This document shows positions 10,380 to 18,635 of a DNA stretch of 64,000 nucleotides, one piece after another; the first letter of the stretch is position 1, and each line of letters opens with the position of its first letter. Below the pieces are notes generated by a model. The model saw nothing but the letters and a program-made list of their open reading frames with translations. It had not been told where the DNA came from and searched no databases. Made by a program: the position numbers and the translations under genes. Source of the DNA: an uncultured Actinomycetota bacterium (GTDB lineage Bacteria; Actinomycetota; Actinomycetes; Actinomycetales; Dermatophilaceae); NCBI GenBank assembly GCA_963781465.1, contig CAWAGH010000007.1, forward strand, positions 167,657-231,656, given 5' to 3'.

Positions 10380-11717
10380 TCAGCGGGTGGCGCCGGTGAC
10401 GAGCCAGCCGTCGGCCCGGAACCGCCACCAGAGGCCGATCCCGCGCAGCGCCATGAACCCGCCGCCGAACCAGACCCACAGCCCGGCGAGCGCCTGCCCG
10501 AAGCCGCCCGGTAGGAGCGCGCCGCCCGCACTGGCCCACAGCGTCAGCGGCACCCAGACCACTCCCGCGCCCACCATCGCCACGGCCAGCCAGACGGTGT
10601 CGCCGGCCCCCATGAGGACCCCGTCCACGACGAACACGAACCCGGCCAGCCATTGAACCAGCGCCACCACGAGGAACGCCCACCCGGCCGCCGAGACGAC
10701 CGCCGGGTCCGGGCTGAACAGCCGCCCGATGAACGGGGCGAGGGGGATGAGGACCAGGCCGGTCACGACCCCCGCGCCGACGCCCCACCGCGCCATGGTC
10801 CGCGCGGCGGCGCGCGCCTGCTCGACGTCGCCGGCGCCGAGGGCCTTGCCGGTGATCGCCTGGGCCGCGATGGCCAGCGCGTCCAACGCGAACGCCAGCC
10901 CGTTCCACACGGTCGCCACGATCTGGTGGGCGGCGAGCACCGTATCGCCGTACCGCGCCGCCACCACGGTCGTCGCGACGATGACGCCGCGCAGCGCGAG
11001 GGTCCGAACCAACAGCGGGACGCCACCCCGCGCGGCGTGGAGGATCCCCGCGGTATGCGGCGACAGCGGCGCCCCGAGCCGGATCGCCTTGCGGAGCACG
11101 GTGACCACCAGCGCCACGGCCATCCCGGTCTGCGCGAGGACGGTGCCGATGGCCGACCCGGCGATGCCCAGGTTCAGGCCGTAGACCAGCGCGAGGTTGA
11201 GGACGATGTTGGCGCCGAACCCGGCCACCGCCACGACGAGCGGCGTCCGGGTGTCCTGGAGCCCACGCAGCAAGCCGGTCGCGCCGAGGACCACGAGCAT
11301 GCCCGGTATGCCGATGGCCGAGATCCGCAGGTAGATGGTGGCCTGCTCCTGGACGGCGGGAGAGCCGCCGATCGCCGCGCACAGCCAGGGCGCCGCGATG
11401 CCCATCCCCACGGCGGTGAGGGCGCCGAGCCCTACCGACAGCCAGAGACCGTCGACGCCGGCCGCGATCGCCCCGGTCTCGTCACCGGCACCGAGCCGTC
11501 GGGCGACCACGCTCGTCGTGCCGTACGCGAGGAAGACGAACACGCCGGCCGCCGTCAGCAGGATCGTGGACGCGACCCCGAGACCGGCGAGCGGCTCCGT
11601 TCCGAGGTGGCCGACGATCGCCGAGTCGGCGAGCAGGAACAGCGGCTCGGCGACCAGGGCGAGAAACGCGGGGATCGCGAGCCGCAGGATCTCCCGCCTC
11701 ATCGCCGCGCCACTCAC
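10380..11717 (-). CDS. MATE family efflux transporter (DinF-like)
   Basis: 445-aa polytopic ORF. N-terminus ILRLAIPAFLALVAEPLFLLADSAIVGHLG is typical of MATE proteins. About 12 hydrophobic segments. Confidence 0.85.
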   Translation of the reverse strand: MSGAAMRREILRLAIPAFLALVAEPLFLLADSAIVGHLGTEPLAGLGVASTILLTAAGVFVFLAYGTTSVVARRLGAGDETGAIAAGVDGLWLSVGLGALTAVGMGIAAPWLCAAIGGSPAVQEQATIYLRISAIGIPGMLVVLGATGLLRGLQDTRTPLVVAVAGFGANIVLNLALVYGLNLGIAGSAIGTVLAQTGMAVALVVTVLRKAIRLGAPLSPHTAGILHAARGGVPLLVRTLALRGVIVATTVVAARYGDTVLAAHQIVATVWNGLAFALDALAIAAQAITGKALGAGDVEQARAAARTMARWGVGAGVVTGLVLIPLAPFIGRLFSPDPAVVSAAGWAFLVVALVQWLAGFVFVVDGVLMGAGDTVWLAVAMVGAGVVWVPLTLWASAGGALLPGGFGQALAGLWVWFGGGFMALRGIGLWWRFRADGWLVTGATR

Positions 11718-11755
11718 AGGAGCCTAGCCACGCACCCCGACCGCCTTGGGACTGC

Positions 11756-13841
11756 TCAGGATCCGAGCGTGAGCAGTCCCCAGTACCGCCGGTAGCCGCC
11801 ATCGCTCGCGGTGTGGTCGGCGACGTACCGTTGTTGCTGACCCGCGAGCGGATCCCGGTCTGGCTGCCGGCCGCGGGGTCCACGTCGCTGACGATGAGGT
11901 TCGCGCCGAACTGGGCACCGGCATACATCGTGGTCAGCCCACCGGCTTCGGGGAGCCGGATGACCGACCACGGCACGGCGGCCTCGACGGTGTACCCGTT
12001 CGACGATGTCACCGCCGCCGCCTTGACCGCGGGCGCGCTCCGACCCGCGTCGACGTCGAACGTCCGCCCGGAACCCACGGTGACGGCGGCCACGGCGCCC
12101 CCACCGCTGGGCCCGACGGAGAGCGAGACGTCGCCGGGGCTGAGGTTGCTGCCGTCGGCGTTGGCCCCTGAGGAGCCGAACTGGAGGGTCACCGCGTCGC
12201 CCTGGAACAGCCTGGCCGGGTTCGCCGCGTTGGTCGTCGTCAGCTCGGGGTCGAGGACCTGGGCCAGCAGGTCGAGGCTCTCGTCGTCCCAGCCGAGCGA
12301 CCAGAGGCCCTTGAGGGTGACACTGCCAGTGCCGACCGAGTCGTCGCCGCGACCATCGACTGCTCGGGGCGGTACTCAGCCGCCGCGGGGAGAATTGGGG
12401 GCCCTCCACCGGGCGGTAGGTCACGGTGGCCGTCGCCACCACGGGCGGTGCGACGCCGCCCGGTGAGGTGGTGGGCGGCGAGGAGGTCGCTGCGGGCGTA
12501 GAAGCGGCGGCCGGCCCCGCCTCGGGCGACCCGCTCGAACCGGCGCGGGTCACCGCGAACACGACGACCGCGACGAGCACGGCGGCGACAGCCGCGGCGA
12601 TCCCGATGAGGCGTCCGCGACCCGGCCGACCGGCCGGTGTTGGCGACGGGGTGGCAGGAGGGGCGGGCGGCGTAGACGGAGCCGGTGCGGGCCTAACCGG
12701 AGCCGGTATGCCGGTCGCCGCCGGGGTCCGCGGAGCCACCCCTCGAACACCTGGCCGTCGGGCGCGTTGAGGTAGAGCACCGGCGTGGCCCACTCGCTGG
12801 CGTACCCGGCCAGCAGGCCCTTGCGTGCGCTCGTGACGGCCTGGTCGACCGGCATACCGTCGGCGAGCGCCGCGTAGAACTCACCGGTGAACGCGGTGGC
12901 GGCGCCGTCGCTGATAGGGAACTGCATCGCGACGACCGCCGTGCAGTCCTGCTGGACGAGACGCTGGGCCATGCCGCTGAACGGGTCTGCGGCTCCGACG
13001 CCGGCCGGACTGGCACGCGGTGAGGAACACCAGCCGCAGCGGGTCGTGGTCGTGGAGGTACGGGCCGAGGACCGCGGGTGGGACGGCGACGCTGCGGCCG
13101 TCCTGGTCGCAGAAGTAGAGGACGCTCTCCTGCTGGCCCTCGTCGAAGTCGCCGTGCCCGATGACGTGCAGGACGTGCACCTCGTGCGAGCGCAGCCACG
13201 CCGCGAGGTCGGTCGTCGTGGGTGACGGCAGCCGGTCCAGCTGGACCGCGCCGGACGACACGCGGGTGGCGAGCATGTCCTGCATCCGCCGCCACTCGGC
13301 CTCGACGTCGAGCTCCGGCAGGTCGGTCGGTGACGAGAGGACGACGAGGATCCGCAGCGGCCCCTCGACGGTCAGCGGGCGCGGCGGGTGCGGTACCTCG
13401 AGGTAGCGGACGAGCGGAGTGCGTTCGGACTGCGCCGGGTACGAGTTCGTACGCCGGTCGACGAGCAGCTCCCACGGCAGTCCGGCGATCTCCGGAGCGT
13501 CGGTGAGCTGCAGCCGCAGCCGCAGCCCTTCACCTGTTTCACGCGTGGCGTCCTGGCTGCGGGTCCAGGCGAGGAGGACCTCCTCGCCGAACACCGCCTC
13601 GAACAGCGCGCCACCGAGCTCGGTCGACGCCTTGAACGCGGATCGGCGGTCGCGCGGCGCATCTGGGAGCGGCCCGGGTCGAGCTTCAGGAGCAGGTCTC
13701 CAGCTCGGTCGCGTCGAACGGCATCGCGAACGTCGCGGTCGCGCCGGCACCGACCGGGCTCGCCGCGACGCGGGAGCGGAAGGTGCCGTCGCCCGCGGAC
13801 TCGACCAGCAGGTCGAAGTTCTCGTATGCGCGCGCGCTCAT
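11756..13841 (-). pseudogene. decayed paralog A of the CHAT - TM - CBM9-like membrane protein family
   Basis: ATG 13841 (GAGGA upstream) opens MSARAYENFDLLVESAGDGTF..., which stops after 51 codons. Homology to the intact neighbour then continues through frames mod3 = 2,0,1,0,1,2,0,1. It passes LLLKLDPGRS, LPWELL, HVLHVIGHGDF, LVFLTACQSG, MAQRLVQQDCTAVVAMQFPISD, the TM helix IGIAAAVAAVLVAVVVFAV, WSLGWDDESL, YTVEAAVPWSV and the ending WGLLTLGS*. This implies at least seven frameshifts. Confidence 0.85.
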
Positions 13842-13867
13842 CCTGGGTCCTCACCGCTCGCGATCGG

Positions 13868-15880
13868 TCACGGCACCAGGGTCAGCGTGCTCCAGTGGTC
13901 CCGCCAGGAGCCAAGGCTGCCTGACAACGTGGCCGCTGGGTTGTTGGACACGACATCCAGTAGGCCGGCGCCGGCCTTGTCGCCAGCTTGTCGTGCGTAG
14001 AGGTTCATGCCCATCTGGGTGTAGTCGGCCGCGGCTGAACGGGACAGGGCAGACCAGGGAATGCGACCCTCGATGGTGTAACCAGACCCCGTCCCGGTAC
14101 CGAAAACGTTGACGCCGACGATGGATAGCGCCGTCCCGAACGCCGATCCGGCCGGGTTGGCTCCGAGGATCTGGGTCACCGACTGGTTCGTCTTCTGGAG
14201 CGGGGTCGCGATGAGCATGACGTCCTCCGGCTCCAGACTGAGGTTGTCGTGCGAAGGCGTGGCGGTACCGAGGTCGAAGCTCACTCCCGTGTTCGCGAGA
14301 ATGCGGTTGGCGTCGGCCTGGTCCGGCCCCAGCTGGGACCCCGAGACCGTGACGAAGAAGTACAGCGCGTTGTCGTCCCATCCGAGCTCCCAGGTGGAGG
14401 ACGTCGTCGCGGCCGCTCCCAGGACCAGCTTGTCGGTGGTCACGGTGGGTATGCGCGGCCAGTCGTCGTCGCGGCCGTCGATGGTCGGCGGTGTCGAAAG
14501 ATGGGCCGCGGTGATGGCCGGTCCCTTGAGCGTCGTGCCCGACCCCGGCGGAGGATCGGGGGTGAACGACTTCCAGATCGCGAAGACGAACCACCCGACG
14601 GACGCCGCGATCATGAGACCGATGAGGGCCCACGTGAGTTTGCCCCTCTGTCGAGGCGGCGATGGTGTACGCGCTGGGGGCCGGGTAGGTCCGGGCTGGG
14701 ACAGTCCGGGCTGGGGTGGTCGGGGCTGGGGCGGTCGGCCTGGGTCGGGCGGTGCCGTCCGGGGTCCATCCAGCACCGGCAGCTCGAACAGGACACCGTC
14801 GTCGGATCGCAGGTAGAGCACCGGGGTGGCCCACTCGCGGGGAAAGTCCATGAGCAGGCTCTTACGCGCCCCGGCCATGGCCTGGTCGACGGGGTACCCC
14901 CTGGCGATGGCCCGGTAGAGCGCGCGGCTGAACGTGCTGGCGGCGCGGTCGCTGACCGGGAACTGCATCGCCGCGACCGCACTGACGCTGTTCCGCACCA
15001 GGCCCTGGGCCATGCCACCGAAGACGTCGTGCGCGTCGCCTCGTGCCGAGTGACAGGCGTTGAGGACCACCAGCTTCAGGTCATGGACGTCCTGCAGGAC
15101 GGACCCGAGCCGGTCGGCACCGATGGGGTTCTTGGTGGAGTAGTTCGTGCAGAAGTAGACGACCCCCTCCTGGGTCGACTCGGCGAAGTCGCCGTGTCCG
15201 ACGAAGTGGACGATGTGGACTGGTGAGTCACTGAGCCGCTCGAGGAGCCGACCCGGGGTAGCGGGCTGTGGGAGTCGCTCGAGCCGGACGAGGCCGCGCG
15301 CGACGAGCGGGGCGAGCTCCTCGTTGACGGCGCGCCACTCGTTCTCGAGATCGAGCTCCGGGAGGTCGGTGGGCGAGGCGAGCACGAAGAGAATGGTGAG
15401 CGGACCGTCGACCCGGAGCGCGCCCGAACCCCGATCGCCGAGGAAGCGGATGACCGGCGTCGCCTCTGACTGCGCGGGGTACTGGTTGAGTCGCGCGTTG
15501 TACAGCAGTTCCCAGGGCAGTCCGGCCAAGACTGGGGCATCCGTCAGCTTCAGCCGAAGGCGAAGACCGTGCTCCCGAGCCCGGACGTGTTCCTGGGAAC
15601 GGATCCAGGCCTCGTGGACGTCCCCGCTGAACGCCGCCGAGTAGAGCGCCGCACCGAGCTCACGAGAGGCCGTCTCTCGTGGATCGCCGGAGCCCCCGCG
15701 CATGTCGCTTCGTCCCGGGTCGAGCTTGAGGAGCAGGTTCTCCAGCCTGGTCTCGTCCAGAGGGAAGGTGAAGCGGGCCGCGGGGGTCTCGTTGGAGGGA
15801 CAGGCCGTGACGCGGGCCTGGTAGCCGCCGTGCTCCTCCTCGATGAGGAGGTCGAAGTTCTCGTACTGTCGAGAGGCCAC
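13868..15880 (-). CDS. CHAT-domain (caspase-like) protease fused to one TM helix and an extracytoplasmic CBM9/DOMON-like domain (paralog B, intact)
   Basis: GTG 15880 lies 11 nt after the upstream stop. N-terminus VASRQYENFDLLIE...LENLLLKLDPGRS. CHAT core with LAGLPWELL, catalytic His HIVHFVGHGDF and Cys LVVLNACHSA. A Pro-rich linker, RQRGK + WALIGLMIAASVGWFVFAIW (positive-inside rule puts CHAT in the cytoplasm). The C-terminal domain PTIDGRDDDWP...WELGWDDNALYFFV...GVSFDLG...GYTIEGRIPWSAL...GMNLY matches the carbohydrate-binding family 9-like pattern. Confidence 0.85.
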   Translation of the reverse strand: MASRQYENFDLLIEEEHGGYQARVTACPSNETPAARFTFPLDETRLENLLLKLDPGRSDMRGGSGDPRETASRELGAALYSAAFSGDVHEAWIRSQEHVRAREHGLRLRLKLTDAPVLAGLPWELLYNARLNQYPAQSEATPVIRFLGDRGSGALRVDGPLTILFVLASPTDLPELDLENEWRAVNEELAPLVARGLVRLERLPQPATPGRLLERLSDSPVHIVHFVGHGDFAESTQEGVVYFCTNYSTKNPIGADRLGSVLQDVHDLKLVVLNACHSARGDAHDVFGGMAQGLVRNSVSAVAAMQFPVSDRAASTFSRALYRAIARGYPVDQAMAGARKSLLMDFPREWATPVLYLRSDDGVLFELPVLDGPRTAPPDPGRPPQPRPPQPGLSQPGPTRPPARTPSPPRQRGKLTWALIGLMIAASVGWFVFAIWKSFTPDPPPGSGTTLKGPAITAAHLSTPPTIDGRDDDWPRIPTVTTDKLVLGAAATTSSTWELGWDDNALYFFVTVSGSQLGPDQADANRILANTGVSFDLGTATPSHDNLSLEPEDVMLIATPLQKTNQSVTQILGANPAGSAFGTALSIVGVNVFGTGTGSGYTIEGRIPWSALSRSAAADYTQMGMNLYARQAGDKAGAGLLDVVSNNPAATLSGSLGSWRDHWSTLTLVP

Positions 15881-15891
15881 GGTGCCTCGCC

Positions 15892-16779
15892 TCAGCCCTC
15901 GAGATGGAGCGTGCCCCAGATGCTGCGGAACGGGGCGTCGTTGCCCTTCCGTGCGGGGTTGTTGCTCACGAACGAGCTGAGCTCGCCCGCCTTGGAACCG
16001 GTCGCGACGGAGTCGCTGACGTTGAGGTTCATGCCGTACTCGTTGCCGCCGGAGATGTTCTCGGCGCCGAGGGTCGACCACGGGATGGCCGCCTCGAGGA
16101 GGTAGCCGTCGTCGGTCTTCGCGGTCGCCGCGCGCAAGCCCTGGATGGTGTTCGGGCCGCGGGTGAAGACCGAGCCGTTCGGCACGTTGATCGCGCTGAT
16201 CACCTTGTCGTCGTTGAAGTTCGCCGGTCCGAGCAGGACGTGCTTGTCGCCGGTCTCGAGCGAGGCGTTCGCGTTCTTCGGCAGCGCGGTCCCGAACTCG
16301 AAGCTCACCCCGTCGCCCTTGAACAGCTGGGACGTGTCCGCAGCGTGAGTCTGCAGTTCGGTCCGGTCGAGGACGTGCACGATGGCGTACAGGTTCGAGT
16401 CGTCCCAGGCCAGCGCCCAACGGCCGAGCAGACCGGTGTCGCTTCCCGCGATGAGCACGTTGCTGTCGAAGGTCGGGATGTCGCTCGGCCAGTCGGACGC
16501 GTCCCCGTTGATGGTCAGGCCGGTCGACAGGTGGACCGCTGAGATCTTCGGTCCGGTCAGGGTGCTCGCCTCTCCGCCGTTGTTGCGCGTCGGGTCGACC
16601 TTCTCCGGCAGCTGCGTGCCGTACCAGTAGAGGCCGCCGAACACGACGGCCACGACCGCCAGGACGATGGTGATGATGAGGCCCCACCGAGGCTTCTTCG
16701 GGTTCGGCGGGTTCACGTACCGCAGCGGCGCCTGGCCGGGACCACTCTGCCGCGGAGGCTGCTGCTGCTGGGTCGGCAC
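15892..16779 (-). CDS. TM + CBM9/DOMON-like domain protein; C-terminal half of paralog C/D, detached by a frameshift
   Basis: GTG-initiated ORF (V)PTQQQQPPRQ...KKPRWGLIITIVLAVVAVVFGGLYWY, then TINGDASDWP...WALAWDDSNLYAIV...GVSFEFG...GYLLEAAIPWSTL...GMNLNV...IWGTLHLEG*. Collinear with the C-terminal half of paralog B. Its frame stays open upstream into the P/Q repeat of the preceding ORF. Confidence 0.7.
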   Translation of the reverse strand: MPTQQQQPPRQSGPGQAPLRYVNPPNPKKPRWGLIITIVLAVVAVVFGGLYWYGTQLPEKVDPTRNNGGEASTLTGPKISAVHLSTGLTINGDASDWPSDIPTFDSNVLIAGSDTGLLGRWALAWDDSNLYAIVHVLDRTELQTHAADTSQLFKGDGVSFEFGTALPKNANASLETGDKHVLLGPANFNDDKVISAINVPNGSVFTRGPNTIQGLRAATAKTDDGYLLEAAIPWSTLGAENISGGNEYGMNLNVSDSVATGSKAGELSSFVSNNPARKGNDAPFRSIWGTLHLEG

Positions 16780-18458
16780 CGGTTGCGTCGGCTGCTGCGG
16801 CTGGTACGTGGGCTGCTGTGCTGGTAGGTGGGCTGCTGCGGCTGCTGGTAGGTGGGCTGCTGTTGCTGGTAGCTCGGCTGCGGCTGGTAGGTCGGCTGCG
16901 GCTGCGGCTGCTGATAGGAGGTCGGCTGCGGCCGCGGCTGCTGATAGGTCGGCTGGTATGCGGGGGCGCTGGTCGGAGGGGGCGTCGCCGTCGTCGTCGG
17001 CATGGCCTGGGTCACCGGCGGGGCGGTCGTGGCGCTCGTCGCCGCCACGCCGGCTGTGGTCGCGGCGGCCGCCGCAGCGGCCCCGCGGAGCGGGACGGGT
17101 TCCGGGGTGGGCTCTTCCGCTCTCGCAGCGGCCGGCTCAGGCTCGGGTGTGGGAACGACGGGCTTGAGCTCCTCGGGCTGCACGCCGACTGGCTTCAGGG
17201 CCGGCGGCTCGAGCAGGGCCTCCTCCGCGGACTTGCGTTTCGTCTCCGTCGTCTCCGCGTCGGTGGCCAGCGCCTCCTGGGCGCGCTCCTCGTCCTCGGC
17301 TTCGACCTCGGGCGCCGGCGTGGGAACGGCGGTCACCGCGGGCTGGGCCACGATGTGGTCGAACACGCGGCCGTCCGGAGCGCGAAGGAACAGCACCGGG
17401 GTGGCCCACTCCGCTGCATACTCCGCGATGAGCGCCTTGCGTGCGCTGGTGGCCGCCTGGTCGACAGGGAAGCCGTCGGCGAGCGCACCGTAGAACTCAC
17501 CGGTGAACGCGGTCGCCGCGCCGTCGGAGATGGGGAACTGCATGGCGACGACCGCGGTGCAGTCCTGCTGGACGAGGCCCTGTGCCATCCCGCTGAACGG
17601 GTCGGTGCTGTCGACGCGCGCCGACTGGCAGGCGTTGAGCAGGACCAGCCGCAGCGGGTCGTGGTCGCGGAGGTAGGGACCGAGGACCGTCGGGCTGACC
17701 TTGGTACTACGTCCGTAGCGGTCTTGGAAGTAGACGACGCCGTCCTGGATCCGGTCGTCGTAGTCGCCGTGTCCGATGAAGTGCAGGATGTGAACGTCGT
17801 TCTGCCGCAACCACGCCGACAGCGCCTGGATCGTCGGTGCCGGCAGCCGGTCGATCTTCACCGTGCCCTGGGCGACCTTCGCGGCGAGCGCATCCTCTAC
17901 GCGTCGCCACTCGGCCTCGACGTCCAGCTCCGGCAGGTCGGTGGGCGAGGAGATGACGACGAGGATGCGCAGCGCACCGTCGACCATCAGCGGCCGCGGC
18001 GGCTGGGGCACCTCGAGGTAGCGGACCACCGGAGTGCGTTCGGACTGCGCGATGAAGCTGTTGCCGCGCCGGTCGTAGAGCAGCTCCCACGGCAGGCCGG
18101 CGATCGACGGCGCGTCGGTGAGTCGCAGCCGCAGTCGCAGGCCGTCGCCGTGGTCGCGGGCGTAGTCCTGGGACCGCTGCCAGGTCAGCATGATGTCCTC
18201 GGAGAAGACGCTCTCGAAGAGCGGACCGCCGAGGTCCATCGACGCCTGGCTCTGTGGGTCGGAACCGGCCCGCCGGGTGCCACTGCGCCCCGGGTCGAGC
18301 TTGAGCAGCAGGTTCTCCAGCTGGGTGGCGTCGAACGGCAGCGTGAACTTGCCGCTAGGGCACTCTCCGAGTGGGCTCGTCGTCACCCGAGCGCGAAACG
18401 AATCGCCCTCCGCCGCTTCGAGAAGGAGGTCGAAGTTCTGATAGGTCCTGGAGGCCAT
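16713..18458 (-). CDS. CHAT-domain protease; N-terminal part of paralog C/D, truncated by a frameshift in its P/Q-rich linker
   Basis: ATG 18458 (AAAGGG upstream). MASRTYQNFDLLLEAAEG...LENLLLKLDPGRS, IAGLPWELL, His HILHFIGHGDY, Cys LVLLNACQSA, GMAQGLVQQDCTAVVAMQFPISD. An E/P/A-rich then PTYQQ-repeat linker runs out of frame near 16819-16820 into an Arg/Ser-rich tail, with a stop at 16713. Confidence 0.75.
   Translation of the reverse strand: MASRTYQNFDLLLEAAEGDSFRARVTTSPLGECPSGKFTLPFDATQLENLLLKLDPGRSGTRRAGSDPQSQASMDLGGPLFESVFSEDIMLTWQRSQDYARDHGDGLRLRLRLTDAPSIAGLPWELLYDRRGNSFIAQSERTPVVRYLEVPQPPRPLMVDGALRILVVISSPTDLPELDVEAEWRRVEDALAAKVAQGTVKIDRLPAPTIQALSAWLRQNDVHILHFIGHGDYDDRIQDGVVYFQDRYGRSTKVSPTVLGPYLRDHDPLRLVLLNACQSARVDSTDPFSGMAQGLVQQDCTAVVAMQFPISDGAATAFTGEFYGALADGFPVDQAATSARKALIAEYAAEWATPVLFLRAPDGRVFDHIVAQPAVTAVPTPAPEVEAEDEERAQEALATDAETTETKRKSAEEALLEPPALKPVGVQPEELKPVVPTPEPEPAAARAEEPTPEPVPLRGAAAAAAATTAGVAATSATTAPPVTQAMPTTTATPPPTSAPAYQPTYQQPRPQPTSYQQPQPQPTYQPQPSYQQQQPTYQQPQQPTYQHSSPRTSRSSRRNRCRPSSSSLRGRVVPARRRCGT
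16760..16960 (-). repeat. degenerate tandem P/T/Y/Q-coding repeat (CAGCAGCCSACSTACCAG-like units)
   Basis: The minus strand encodes AYQPTYQQPRPQPTSYQQPQPQPTYQPQPSYQQQQPTYQQPQQPTYQ, then after a 1-nt loss QQPTYQPQQPTQPVPTQQQQPP. The plus strand shows the repeated GGCTGCTG / CTGGTAGGT pattern. Confidence 0.8.
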
Positions 18459-18635
18459 CGCCGGCCCTTTCGCACGGTTCCGTCTACCTGAAATGGTGGA
18501 GCCGCGAGCTGACGCGATGATACCGCTGTAACCGCATCGGTATGTGGGCATTCGTTCCGTGGTCCGCCGCCCAGAACCCTTCCGCCGCGTCCGTCGCATA
18601 CCGGACGATGACTACATCGAGGATGCCCGGACGAC

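Noticed and set aside
16780-16860. Programmed ribosomal frameshifting joining the two halves of paralog C/D.
   Set aside because: There is no slippery heptamer or downstream pseudoknot-like structure at the break. A simple 1-nt loss in a repeat explains it. Phase variation remains a speculative alternative.
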